Shown piece after piece: positions 15,798-29,333 of a DNA stretch of 64,000 nucleotides; the stretch's first letter is position 1, and every line of letters starts with the position of its first letter. The notes below the pieces were generated by a model. That model made no database searches and was not told the DNA's origin. It was given only the letters and a program-made list of their open reading frames with translations. Made by a program: the position numbers and the translations under genes. Origin of the DNA: the human T2T-CHM13v2.0 reference genome, Homo sapiens; assembly GCF_009914755.1 (NCBI RefSeq), contig NC_060925.1. One strand, 5' to 3'.

Positions 15798-17684
15798 CAA
15801 TAACAATTATAAATTATTAATAAGAAATTATTGTATTAAGCAGACCCTTTTTCCTTACACTAAATGAACTATTTTGCTGTGCTTTAAAATTTTGCAGCAG
15901 TAAGGATTATTCAACCTCATGACTGTTGCTTTTAATCTGCTTTAATCAGCTTTTAACAAACCAGATAACTAAGATAGTTAGAGTTATGTATAAATTTGAA
16001 ATAAATTGAATCTCAATGAAGACTTGAAGAACTTGATTATAAGCAAGGGCATGGATTTTGTGAACTCTATTATAGTGGATTACAGGCCATTTTTGTTCAT
16101 TATCTACTTCTTTGCTGCCTTTAAAGGAAGGTACTGGATTAAAAAATGAATTTCAAATAGAAGAATTATTAATATACAAAAGTATCCATTTTGGTTCTTA
16201 ATTTTTCCATCTTTCTAGTTAATGTTATAATTCCTCAAATCTGATCAAAACTTAACCATTTGAGTTTGCATTTTCTATAATATTTTCATTTGAATTGGAC
16301 ACTGGATGCTATTAAGAGTTCCTTTGCACTATTAGACTTCAGCATGACACCATAAGGAGTTCTATGGATTCATTCTTCAGTGATACTAGAGAAAATTACC
16401 AAAAAACAAACATTAACAGTCTCTGGAAATGGTCCCATGAATATATAGCAAATGAAGAATCATTTACTCAAGAACACCAACTAACATTCAATGGGAACAG
16501 CAGGAGTTTGTGGTATTTGAATCCAGATCGGTTCCATCTCTTCCCTTTCCCAACTCAGCATTATGGAAATCTCACTCCAGACTTCAATAGCCAGGAACAC
16601 AGGGCTCTCTCTCCTGCCAGTACCCAGATGGAGGGCTGCCTTTCTGGGCTGTGTAGAATGTCAGCATTTCTTATCTTGCCCTAGGTACTTGTTCCTGAGG
16701 TTAAGTTCCAGGTGCGTGCAGCTGACTGGTGGGGGCTCTCTTTTTTCACCCACCCCCACCTGTGGGACAGAGACTATACCTTGGGCATGGTGCTGCTGAA
16801 AACCCTGGAGCCCCAACTGCCCTTCCTTCTGCTTGTGAGACACTGGCTCTATGTCAGGAGAAGCAAGCATAGGAAACATGAGATGTACTGCACTCCCTCT
16901 ATTTAACACTTTGCTCCTAAAGAAGCGATGTCATTTAGTTAGAAGTGCACCATTGCCCCAACTCCAGCTCCAGAACTGGGCCTCTGCTCAGAGACAATAC
17001 TTGGGGCCAAATTAGGCCATAAAATAGATAGTGCCTAATCATTTTCCGAATATTCACTTTATTTGCAACAGAGCGTGTGGAAGTTCAAGCCTAAACTCCT
17101 CTCGAAAACAATGGTGGCTATAGTGAAAGACAATGGGGAGAAGATTGGTAGAGTCATTGTAAAAGCAGGCTAAACTAGAGGCTTAGTTTGCCTGAGAAAA
17201 AGACAGCAGAGGAAAGGCTGACCGAGGCCAGAACAAATCTCAAACAGGAACCTCAGGAACTGTTACTCTTAAGGAGCATAAAATTGACAGTTTTTGTCTT
17301 TTGGGCAATGTATGCCTCAGGACATTGTTGATAACTATAGAGAAAACAGCAATTAATTAGTGGAACTTCCAAGTTAGCTGTGTTTAGAGACATAGAGAAT
17401 CATGCTAAACCTGATTCTAGGGTCACTGTCACTCATCCATGGTCACTGTCATTCCATGGTCACTGTAGATGTAACCAAGGCTGTGCCTCCTCAGCAGCAA
17501 TACTAGATGCTTAACATGATAGAAAATGGAATGAGTTAAAATACAATAATATAGTAAACAAAACAGTAATAATATAGCAAACAAAACAAAATGATACAGT
17601 AATAATATAGTAAACAAAACAAAACATTAAATATCTGTAACAAATCCTGGAGGTGGGGGGTAGTGTCCATAGGGGCTACAATAT

Positions 17685-18034
17685 TGAATTAGTCTGTATG
17701 CTGCTAATAAAGACATACCCAAGACTGGGTAATTTGTAAAGAAAAGAGGTTTCTTTGACTCACAGTTCCACATGGCTGGGGAGGCTTCACAATCATGGCA
17801 GAAGGCAAATGAGGAGCAAAGTCACATCTTACGTGGAGATAGGCAAAAGAGTGTGCAGGGGAACTTACATTTATAAAACCATCAGATCTCATGAGACTTA
17901 TTCACTACCAAGAGAACAGTATGGAGAAAACTGACCCCATGACTAAATTATCTCTGTCCAGCTTTGTGCTTGACACATGAGGATTATTACAATTCAAGGT
18001 GAGATTTGAGTGGGGACACAGCCAAACCATAACA
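17685..18034 (-). mobile_element. THE1 solo LTR
   Basis: ctgctaataaagacatacccaagactgggtaatt ... ggggacacagccaaaccataaca; TSD aatat/aagat. Confidence 0.95.
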
Positions 18035-20281
18035 AAGATATAATCTAAAATATACAGTTTTTGCAAAAAAAAAAGTGAAACTGAAAAAAATCAGAAAAGA
18101 ATGGTTATTAGAACAGAAATTGCTTATGAAAGCAATCTGATGGTTTAAAAAATCAAAGCCATCAAAATAGTCATGATAAGTGTGTTCAAAAAAATGAAAG
18201 CAATGTTTGGCTAAAGAGGTAAAGAAAAGTATGATGACAATGTCACATCAAACAGAGAACAGCAGTAAAGATATAGAAATTATGAAAAAGACCCAAATGA
18301 AATTTCTGGAGTAGAAAAGTATAATAACTAAAGTAAAGACTCATTAGAGGGATTCAAAAGTAGATGTAAAATGAAAGAATAAAGGATTATTGAATTTGAA
18401 GTATATTGATAGAGATTATGCAATCCAAAAAAAAGTGAGAAAAAGGAATGAAGAAAAATTAGCAGGGGATCAGAGACATGTGAGATGTCACTAGGCACAC
18501 CAGCATACCTGTCATTGTAGTACCAGAATGAGATGATAGAGATAAAAGTGCAGCAAAAAATATTTGAAATAATAATGACTGAAATTTCCTAAAAAAAATG
18601 ATTACCTACACTTCTCAGAAACTCAATAAATCCTATGTAAGATAAACACAAAGATATTCACAAACAGAAATATTATAGTAAAAATGCTGACATCCAAAGA
18701 CAAGGAGAAAAACTTGAAAGCAGCAAGAGAAAATTGTTTATCACTTACCCAATAATATCAACAACTGACTCCTTAGAAAAAACAACAGAGGCCAGAAGGC
18801 AATGAGATAACAAATTGCTCCAAAGAAAAGAAAAGCTGCTAGCACAAAATTCTTCCATAAATTAATATAAATTCTTCAAAATCTTTCCGAAAGAATAGAA
18901 GAGAAACACTTTCAAAGTCATTTTATGAGTCCAATATTATCCTGATTCTAAAGCCCAAAAAGACATCACAAGATATGAAAACTACAAACCAATATTTAGT
19001 ATGCCCATGGATTCAAAAATCCTCAAAAAATATAAGCAAATTGAACCAAGCTACATATAAAAAGAATTATACACCGTGACCAACTGGAATTTCTCTCAGG
19101 AGTGCAAAATTGGTTTAATATCTAAAAATAACTAATAGAACACGTTATATCAAGGGAATAAAACACAGAAAACACATGTTCATCTCAATAGATGCAGAAA
19201 AGGCATCTGACAGAATCCAACACTACTTCAATATAAAAATACTCGGAAAACTAGGAATATAAGGGAACAACCTCAACTTGATTGAAAAACATCTAAAAAA
19301 ACATAGCTAACATCATATTTAATTATGAAGGCAATAATTTTCCCTAAAATTAAGAACAAGACAAGGATATTCACTTTTACCGTTTCTATACAAAATTATA
19401 TGGAAGTTCCTAGTAAAGAAAATTAGATAAGGAAGAGAAGGAAAAATCATCCAGATTGAAAATGAAGTAGAACCACTTTTATTCACAGATGACATGTTCT
19501 TGTCTATATTCTAATGCAATAGAATGAAAGTGGATCTTTATCTCATACCATATACAATACTTTTAATTCAAAATAGATCAAAGACCTAAATGTGAGAACT
19601 AAAACTATAAAACTCTTAGAAGAAACATAGAGGTAAATAGGCATGACTTTGGATTTGGCACTTGATTCTTCGATAGGGCACCAAGAAGACGAGCAGCAAA
19701 AGAAAAAGTAGATAAATTAGAATTCATATTTTTTTTAAATTTTGTGTTTCAAAGAACACTATCAAGAAAGTGAAAAGATAACCTAGAGTTTGGGTGTAAA
19801 TATTTGCAAATCATCCATCCAGAATATGTAAAGAGCTCTTAGAACTCTATAATAAACAAAATAAAATATAATAATAAAGAAATATTTATTATAATAAATA
19901 AATAATACTATAATAAATAAAATCCAATTTAAAAATGGAAAAATTATCTGTTTTCATTTCTATGAGAATAATATAGAAATGGCCCATGAGCATATGGAAA
20001 AATTGTCAACACCATTAGTTATCAGGTAGATATAAATCAAAACCACAAGGTACCACATGATGCCCACTAGTATGGCTATAGTTAAAAAGTCACCTAATGA
20101 ATAAGTGTTGGTGAGGATACTGATAAACTGAAATTCTTTTATTCCCACTGGTGGGAATGTGAAATAGTTCATCCCTTTTGGGAAATAACCTGTCAAGTCC
20201 CTCAAATGACTATGAACAAAGTTATTATATGTCCTATCAATCCTATTCCTAGGTATATACCCAAGATCAATGAAAATCTAT

Positions 20282-20807
20282 TGTCTTAGTCTGTTTTATG
20301 CTGCTATAACAAATTACTACAGACTAGGTAATTAATTTAAAAAAAAACAAAGATATATTACATACAGTTCTGGAGGCTGGAAATCCAAGGTTATGGGGCT
20401 GGCATCTGATGAAGGCCTTTTTCCTGTGTCATTCCATGGCAGAAGGTGGAAAGGCAAGAAGTGTGAGCACGACCAAGAGGGGGCCAAATTTGCTTTTATA
20501 GGAAACTCACTCTTCTGACAACAAACCCAATTCTGCAAAAAATGACATTAATCCATTCATTAGGTAAGAGTGCTCATGTTCTAATCACCTCTTAAAATTC
20601 TCATTTCTCCAGGCTGGCCAACATGGTGAAACCCCATCTCTACTAAAAGTACAACAATTAGCTGGGCATGGTGGCAGGTGCCTGTAATCCCAGCTACTTA
20701 GGAGGCTGAGGCAGGAGAATCACTTGAACCCGGGAGTCAGAGGTTTCAGTGAGCTGAGGTCACACCACTGCACTCCAGGCTGGCCGACAAGAGCGAGACT
20801 CCATCTC

Positions 20808-20841
<34 letters not shown>

Positions 20842-20914
20842 CTTCTCAATACTGTTGCATTGGGGATCCAGTTTACAACACATGAACTTTGGGAGACACA
20901 TTCAAACCATAGCA
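20282..20914 (-). mobile_element. MaLR LTR, MSTD/MLT1A-like, with nested Alu
   Basis: tgtcttagtctgttttatgctgctataac ... gggagacacattcaaaccatagca. Confidence 0.9.
20610..20836 (+). mobile_element. 5'-truncated Alu (AluSq-like) with long A tail
   Basis: Begins at caggctggccaacatgg; gacaagagcgagact; degenerate TSD aaaattctcatttctc / aaaatcccacttctc. Confidence 0.95.
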
Positions 20915-21272
20915 CATATGTTGTCTACACACAAAAATCTTTGTAAATGAATGTTTTTTGCAACATACTTGTGATATCCAAGATGCAGAAACAACTCAAA
21001 TGTACACCGAGAAATACTGATACATGCTACAACATAATAAACTTTGAAAGCATCACACTAAATAAAGAAGCTCCTCACGAAAGAAAACACCTTTTGTATT
21101 ATTATATTTATATGAAATGTCTAAGTTTGGTTAATCTATAGGGACAGAAAGTATATGCGTGGTTGCTTAAATCTGGGGGTATAAAGAGTAGGGGATGATA
21201 ACTAAAAGGTATGAGGTTTCTTTGTGAAGTGATGAAAACGTCCTAAATTTACTGTGGTGATGGCTACACATG

Positions 21273-21598
21273 TAGTCATGGACGACATAATGTTTTAGTC
21301 AACGACAGACGTCATATATTATGGCAGTCTCATAGGTTTATAATATTGTACTTTTCTATGTTTAGGTACACAAACATTTACCACTGTGTTACTTCTGCCT
21401 ACAGTGTTTAGCATAGTCTCATGCTGTATGGGTTTGTAGCCTAGGAGCAATAGGCTATACTATATGGCCTCGGTTTGTAGTAGGCTATACCACCTTAGTT
21501 TGTGTAAGTATATTCTATGATATTCATACAATAAGAAAAATTGCCTAATGATGCATTTCTCAGAGCATGCCTCTGTTGTTAAGTGATGCATGACTGTG
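21273..21598 (-). mobile_element. Tigger3a/MER7-like non-autonomous DNA transposon
   Basis: gtttgtagcctaggagcaataggctatac ... gcatttctcagagcatg...gttaagtgatgcatgactg; terminal inverted repeats. Confidence 0.88.
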
Positions 21599-23618
21599 AA
21601 ATATACACAAAAAATATTCTTTCCATGAAATATACTGGAAAACATTGAATTTTACACTCTAAATAAGTGCAGGATATGATATGGGAATTTATCTAAATAG
21701 AGTATTTAAAATAATTTACTTTCATAGTTCACTTCTTATTTTTCTGGTTTTGTTTTAGAGAAATGTGTCTTCATTTTTATAATATGAAGCAAGTTGATTC
21801 CTTCACTCTTAGGAACATTCATAGGACTTCTAAAATAGTTTGGCAAATTAAACGCTGGGGGAAAAATGATTTTCATGTATTTAACTTAAGTAAACAAGTA
21901 GAGAAGCTGCCTTATTCCAGCAAGTTTTTAAGTAAGGTATAAATAAATAAATATTCATAAATGTAATTTTTAAAATTGGCCTCCATCTGGAATTTAATAA
22001 TTAAAAATGTGAGATAACTCATATGGCAATTACTCATAATTTGCTTTGTAGAATTTATGGACATGGTATAACCACTGAAAATAATGCAAACAAATAATAA
22101 TTTTCTTCAAATGTAGATCATTTCCAGTCCTCTTCATTTATTTTCATAGATAATTTTAACTGGTGTCATTTTCTTTCTGCCTGATGGACTCCTTTCCATA
22201 GTTCTTAAAATTTGGGCCTTCCGGTGGTAATTTAGTTCATATATTGTATGTTTTACAATGTCATTATTTCACCTTCATTTGTAAAGATATATTTGCTGGT
22301 ATAGAATTTTAGGTTAACAGTTTTCTTTATAAAATTTTTTTCTATCATTTAAAGGTATTGCTGCATTGTCTTCTGGCTTGTATTGTTTTCAAAGAGAAGC
22401 CTGCTGTCATTCCTATCTTTGTTTCTTTGGAGTTAAGGTGTTCTTCCCACCCCATTGGCTCCCTTCAAGATTTTGTCTTTTTCTTTCTTTGATTGAAGTT
22501 TAAATATGATATAATTTGGTGTACCTTTTGGTATTTTTCTTGATTGGTGTTTTCTGAGGTTCTCTAATCTACGGTTTTGTGACTGAAATTAATTTTAGAA
22601 AGTTCCCTGCTGTCGTTACTTCAGATGTTTTTTCTGCTTTATTCATTTATGCTTCTTGTTCTAATATTCATTTACATGTATATTACTTCTTTTGATACCT
22701 TCCCACATTTCTTGGATATGCTGTTATATTTTTGGATTTGGCAAGGGGAGGATACTTTTTTTTCTTTTCATTCTCTCTTTACATTTCAGCTTGAAAAGTT
22801 TGTATTGACCTATATTCAAGTTTACTGATTCTTTCTTTGGCTGTATCAAATCTCCTGATGAGCCAGTAAAAAGTACCCTTCATTTCTGTTACTGCTTAAA
22901 TACATGATTTCTATGATTTCTTTTTGTTTCTTATTATTTCCATTTCTATGTTTACATCGCTCATCTGTCCTTTTACGTTATCTTCCTTTTCAATTAGATT
23001 TCCTAACACATTATTCAGAGTTATTTTAAATTATCTGTCTGGTTAGCACAAAATCTGTGTCATAAATGAGTCTGAGTCTGATGTGTGCTTTGTCTTCTTA
23101 CGGTACGTTTTTCTTGCCTTTTGCCAAGTTGTGCAGTTTAATTTCCTGAAAGCCAGACATGTTGCATAAGGTTACAGAAATATTAAATAGGCCTTTATCA
23201 TGAGTATCATTTTACTCTGTCAGGAGGTGGCCAGGACTTAGTATGTGTTGTAGCTGTAAGTTTTAGAGGCCTGAAACTTTTCTAGAGCTTTAATTTTTGT
23301 CTCTTTCCTTAACTTTGAGCTTATCTAAGTACTCTTTCTCAGAGAGTCTACATCTTCTGCCCTTTCAACTGCAATTCATTCCTTTTAGACCGAGGCCCTG
23401 TTGATGGTAGAATAGGAAAAAAGGAGCATTCTATAAACTGCAGACTAAGACTCAGCCATTTAATAGGCCTGTGACTTAATATTGTGCAGCTTCACAAGTG
23501 ATTTTCTCCCCTCCTTCAGTCTTATTAACTTTTCCTCCTTTTTCTCTACTACTTTTCCTGGTGGAAGAATTTTTCACTATTTTCTAATTTTGCGAAGCTC
23601 TGTTCCCTGGCGAATATA

Positions 23619-24908
23619 TAAGGGCTGTTTAAAATGCTCAGGAAAAAATACGTATTATAAAAAATGAAAAACTATGCATGAATTTCAAAGTTTTATTGCA
23701 CCAAAATAAACTTATACTAACTTATTATAACATGTCCAAATGGGATTGAGTTTGAGGCACTAAAAATGATAATACATCGGTTTTCAATAAGCCCCTATCA
23801 GAGCAACATGAATTGTGCTAAAATTGAAGCAAGAACAAACATTAAATTTATGGTCAACCTTGGCCAGGGGGGTGGGAATAGTGAAATCACTGATGCTTTA
23901 TAAAAGTTTGTGGGAACAATGCCCCAAATAAATTAGCAGTTTTAAAATGGATAACTGTTTTAAGAAGGGGAAAGATGATGTTAAAGATGAAAACCATCGC
24001 TGCAGACTGTCCACATCGATTTGTGGGAAAAAAATTAACTTTGTTTGTAATCTAATTGGAGAGGACCAATAATTGACAGCATAAACAATAGCCAACACCA
24101 TAGAAATCTCAGTTGGTTCAGATTGCACAACTCTGTCTGAAAAATTAAAGTTGAGCAAATTATCACTCGATGGGTAGTAAAACTTCCGTGCCCACATCAG
24201 CTGCAGACAAGATCACAGCTTTCAATGAAAATTCTAAACTAGTGGGATCCAGATCCTGAAGAATTTCTTCAAAGAATTGTAACAGGAAATGAAACATGAT
24301 TGTCTAGTATGATCCTGAAGACAAAGCACAATCAAAGCAATGGCTACCAAGAGGTAGAAGTAAATGAGTCCAAGAAAAAGCTGACTGGTCAACAGCAAAG
24401 GTCATGGCAACACTTTTTGAGATGCTCAAGGCATCTTGCTTGTTGACTTTCTGGAAGGCCAAATAATGATAATGTCTACTTATTATGAGAATTTTTTGAG
24501 AAAGCCAAAGTTTTAGCAGAAAAATGGCCACGAAAGCTTTGCCAGAGAGCCCCTCTCCATCACAAATATGCTCCTGCTCATTCCTCTCATCAAACAAGGG
24601 CAACTTTGTAAACGTTTCAATGGGAAATCATTAGGCATCCACCTTACAGTCTTGATTTGGCTCCTTCTCACTTCTTTTTCTAATAAAAATCTTTAAATGG
24701 TGCATATTTTTCTTCAGTTAATAATATAAAGAAGACTGTATTGACATAGTTAAATTCCCAGGATCCTCACTTCTTAAGGGATCAACCAAATGGCTGGTAT
24801 CATCAGTTACAAAAGTGTCTTGAACTTCATGGAGCTTATGTTGAGAAATAACATTTATATTTTTATCTTTTAATTCCATTTTTTAATGAACTTTTTGAAG
24901 TCCCCTTG
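23619..24908 (+). mobile_element. HSMAR2 mariner transposon, full length, decayed
   Basis: About 1.3 kb with terminal inverted repeats (agggctgtttaaaatgctcaggaaaa / tgaactttttgaagtccccttg) and a transposase relic. Confidence 0.95.
23808..24851 (+). pseudogene. HSMAR2 transposase pseudogene
   Basis: Starts MNCAKIEARTNIKFMV; IVTGNET (first catalytic D motif altered), HPPYSLDLAPS (YSPDL-like), ends GAYVEK*; multiple stops and frameshifts. Confidence 0.92.
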
Positions 24909-24910
24909 CA

Positions 24911-25236
24911 CAGTCAGCTTTCCATATCTAGGGTTTCTGCATCCATAGATTCAATTCAACCAATCATGGATTGAAAAGATTTGAAAAATAAAAATAGCAA
25001 GACAACAATAAAAAATAATAAAAATAAAAAAGCAATACAATATAACAACTATTTGCATAGCATTCACATTGCATTAGGTATTGTAAATAATTGAGAGACT
25101 TAAAGTATAAAGGAGAATGTGTGTAGGTTTAATGTAAATACCATTTTATTTGATATAAAGAATTGAGCATCCAGGGAATTTCTCCTTCCCCCTCTCAACC
25201 TCCTACTCCTGTGGTACATACTTACAGATGACTGTA
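24911..25236 (-). mobile_element. MER2 (Tigger-family MITE)
   Basis: cagtcagctttccatatc...tgcatccatagattcaa...gcattaggtattgtaaataa...ttgagcatcc...gatgactgta. Confidence 0.85.
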
Positions 25237-27029
25237 TTTTTTTCCCCATAGGTGACACAAAGGGGCTGGAGGGCCTGGAGTAGGAGGCAAAGGTATTTCT
25301 CTAATTTCCGCCATGCCACAACCTCTTGAGAGTTGGCTTTTGTCATGAGGAGTGCTCTAGGCATCTTTCTCAATGATTACTCTTCCCCTCAAACTGTTAC
25401 AGCCTGGAGGGGTTGTTCTCAGATCTTCATTGTGAGAATCTGATAGGTTCCTGAGGTAAAGGCCACAAATGTGTAGGGAATTTCCTAAGGTCCAAGAAGT
25501 TTCTTACTCTTGGTCAAGTTCATATTTCATCTCCAGAAATTAGTTTAAATTACAATTTATGTGTTTCTACCAGGTTATGGCACTGCATGCATCTGCTCCA
25601 GGTAACCGGGTCTGGATGTGCCTGGGGTGTCAATTTGGTGATCTGATAGCTCTAGAAAATTTGTTAATTTTCTTTTTGTCCAGAGTTTTCTTATTGTAAG
25701 GATGAGAATAGCAGCTTCCTATATTTTTACATATCAGAGCTGAAACTAGAAAACTAGATTTATTTTTAGCTTTAAAAGTTTTGATCTATCCAGAAATCAT
25801 TTCAATGTAAAAAAAAATTAAGCAGAAGTCTTCATTTTTATTAACGTTGGCTACCTAGTTTTTCTAATATCATTTATTAAATTATTCATTCTAGTATCAG
25901 CTATTAATTTTCACCTTTATTATATTCAGAATTATCATTGAACTCACTCAAATAATTTTAATATTAGAACTCATTAACTCTACTAGCTTTACTTCATAGT
26001 TACAATATCTAATTCTGTAAACAGAATCTTAGAAGAATTATGATCTTGGAAAATAACATATAAAGTGGACTGATTCAGTGCCATGATGAAATTATCTTAA
26101 GTGCCAGGACAGTGATTATTACTAAATGTGTAATGACGTAGCAAGTATTTAATAACTAATGGAAGATAACCATTTAAACTAATGCAAAGAGAATATTGAA
26201 CTTTGAGAAATTTGGCAATCGTAGGTCACAGTGATAAAACAAACTTCCCAGCTTAGTCTTAATTTAACATGAGTGGTTACTGACATAAACAAGTTTGGCA
26301 CACTTCATCCAAAGAACTGAGTATCCTTTCAAAGTGTTATTGGTTTTTAGTTTTACCGCTTGTTAAGTTGGCAGTCTAAAAAATTCTAGTCTGGTAGAAG
26401 CTAGTTCAGAAAGTTTTTATTTTTTCCAACACCCAAATCCAGTGTTTATATTTCAGCTAAAACACAGGTTGTTAATCTATCTAATCTGACAGAATTATAG
26501 GTTAGACAAAACTTCCTTCCTTAAGGAGAGTTAGTTTCTACTGAATTTTATTTAATATCCTCATATACTCTTGCTAAAAGCAGAAAAAATAATCAGCATA
26601 TGCTGTGAACCATTAAAGTCAATTTGAATAATGGAGTTAGATTGGAAGGCTTAACGTCTATTGAAAACATTTTAGATTTTATGTGACATTAAAATGTTGA
26701 GATGTAATCACATTATCTCATAATTATGCTTAAGTTTTATAACTTGCAAGTGTTTTGTATATAATAAAATTGTTAATTAGAAAGAAGACAAACTTTCAAC
26801 AGATTTACTAACGTTTAAATTGTTTTATTTGTTGTAGCTCCCGTCGTATAAGGAAGATAGCAATAGTATTGCATTCTTGGAACTATACAAAGTGAATCAA
26901 AACAAAAACAACCATTATTTTCTTTCAATCTCGTTTTTCTAATCTTCTCATAGCTACACTTCTTGAGTTGTATAAATGTGTCTTCATTGTCTTATTTTCC
27001 ACCTACTTTTCAGTCAATGATAAGATGAT

Positions 27030-27580
27030 GGTTCTAAGGTCTCAAATGCTGTCTATATCACCAAATACAGTGTAATCCTCTGCACATCTATACTACTTAA
27101 CTCTCTCTGTAACAGTGGGCAGTTTCTACCAAGGTCTCCTTCATTTTACACTCCATTCCCTTGAATTTATTACTCAGAAGTCCTGTTTTGTTTCTTCAAA
27201 TCCTTTTTTTCTCTTCCTTACCTCTGTGGCTTCTTCTAACTTCCCATCCTGCCCTCTCTAACTGAACACTCACTAGAAGACAGTGTCTTTTTTAAACCTT
27301 GATCTTTTTCCTTTTTGTTTCACTCATGTGTGGAACACCTCCTTATCTTTTAAAACTCACTTAAAATCACTTCTTATAAGGGCAATTTCCTTGGCTCTCC
27401 TAATTGTATTTCAAGATTATGATAAATGTTTTCATTTGCTGAAATGTAGCTAATTTGTTTAAATTCTGTCCTGCTTCTTAGATTATGTGATTTATGATGT
27501 CTGGAATACATTGAATCTCTCTGATCTAGCTCTTAGTCTCATGCATTGTTTTTATATGTTGAACAAATGGATGTAGATTC
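27030..27580 (+). mobile_element. L2 relic
   Basis: Pyrimidine-rich L2-like words ending gttgaacaaatggatg. Confidence 0.5.
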
Positions 27581-28977
27581 TTACAGAAATCTAGAATATA
27601 TTTGGATCAATAATGCAAAACTCTTGTCCAATGTTGGGTTGAATTTATTTTCCTGCATATTCAAGATGACACAAAAAGGCATATTCCATTGTGTTGCTAA
27701 ATATTGTTAGTAAACTTTAAATATAAAAATCACAAAATGAATTTATATTTTACCTTGCCCTTTGAGAAATATAAAAGTGAATAGGATATGTGTAGATGAA
27801 ACCCCAAATATCTGAATCTCTAAACAAAAAATTTGTAGGATTCTTCTGTGAGAAAATCTATAGAAAGTGAAGATTTTTATCCAAATAAACATTTTTCTAT
27901 TTAGACCCTTTGCATATTTTATCTAATTGTTCTTATCGCTACCTTCCTCCATTTAATCTTTAACTGGGAATAATGAAAAACTTAAGATATTTAACATAAA
28001 ACAAAGTAGAGCCTATTAAAGATGCCTTTGATTTTGATCCATTATTAGAGTTGATAACAAATATTTTACTAAAAATGAAAATAAATTTGTTTAATTACGT
28101 TTTGTAAATTCAATTAATCGTTGTCTTTTCTCCTCAAAATACACATCCATTAATTTTTCATAAGAGTGTAAAGACTAAAATGAATATTATTTACAAAATA
28201 CATCGAAGTATTGTTCATATGAATAGTTTTAATGTTAATTCTTCCTGGAGCATAGGAAATACTACATCACAATGTAATTAGTGTCATTTTGCTGAGAAAG
28301 GGGGTAGTGTGTGGAGTGGTTAGCTCATCTGCTTATCCACATGATTGGAACACATGTGTGGCTTATCCATCTGAACCCTTTTATATCACTCTGTCTGACA
28401 GCCCTGTGTAGACCTGGAACCCAACTGGCACCATAAACTAGAACTCTGATACTTATGTCCAGGTCTGCTCTTCATTGTGCTCTTCATTCCCCCCAACCCC
28501 CAAACTTTTAATCCCTAACTCATTTACCATGACATGTCATAACTTTCCACTTGATTAGATGTCCTGGGAAAAAATGTACCCTAGAGAGAGCTCTGACCTA
28601 AAAAGATTATCCAAAGAGCAATTTGGATACTCTGTCTGGGTTGTCCCCTTCCCCCTGTCCAGGGAGGAGCTCCACCTGGCACTTGGCTCCCTCCTGCTGG
28701 TGACCCTTAGCAGCTCAGTGACCTGCATGCCACACTCAAAATCTACTGACAGATACTGATGCATGGCAGAGGTGAGCAAACCAGAGTCATTTTGCCTAAA
28801 ACTGAAAAGCAGATGTCTTTTTAGTGATACATAAAAATATATTCATCTTAAATCCGAGCATGATTGCCATCACCTCCAAGTTCATTCAACATACTTAGAT
28901 AAACATTTCTCATAAGGTAAACATTTTTAAGACAAAAGGAGAAAATGTTTAATTAAGGAATCTTCTAGTAAGCAAAT

Positions 28978-29333
28978 TGATAAAGCTTGGCTCTGTGTCC
29001 CCGCTCAAATCTCATCTTGTAGCTCCCATAATTCCCATGTGTTGTGGGAGGGACCTGGTGAGAGATAATTGAATAATGGGGGGCAGTTTCTCCTATAATA
29101 TTCTGGTGATAGTGAGTGGGTCTCACAAGATCTGATGGCTTTAAAAAGGAGAGTTTCCCTTCACAAGGTCTCTTCTCTTGTCTGCCACCATGTGAGATGT
29201 GCCTCTCACCTTTCGCCATGATTGTGAGGCCTCCCCAGCCACATGGAACTGTGAGTCCAATAAACTTCTTTCTTCTGTAAATTGCCCAATCTCAGGTATG
29301 TCTTTATCAGCAGTGTGAAAATGGACTAATACA
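28978..29333 (+). mobile_element. THE1 solo LTR (THE1B-like)
   Basis: tgataaagcttggctctgtgtcccc ... aaaatggactaataca; 5-bp TSD caaat. Confidence 0.96.

Larger units (their letters stand above)
16335..21710 (+). mobile_element. Old L1 (L1MC/MD-like): 5'UTR, ORF1, ORF2 fragments and 3' end; internally deleted and interrupted
   Basis: ORF1-like 18040-18860 (ttgaaagcagcaagagaaa); ORF2 RT-region words 18880-19500 (tctcaatagatgcagaaaaggcatctgacagaatccaacac, agaacaagacaaggat); 3'UTR 20915-21710. Confidence 0.85.
22140..25760 (-). mobile_element. Old L1 5' region/ORF1 relic, interrupted by HSMAR2 and MER2
   Basis: T-rich reverse ORF1 words (attgtcttctggcttgtattgttttcaaagagaagcctgctgtcattc); 5' end near tttttacatatcagagctgaaactagaa. 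Confidence 0.75.

Noticed and set aside
17421-17625. Spaced short direct repeats resembling a CRISPR-like array
   Set aside because: Only three irregular copies, no unique constant-length spacers, eukaryotic L1 context.
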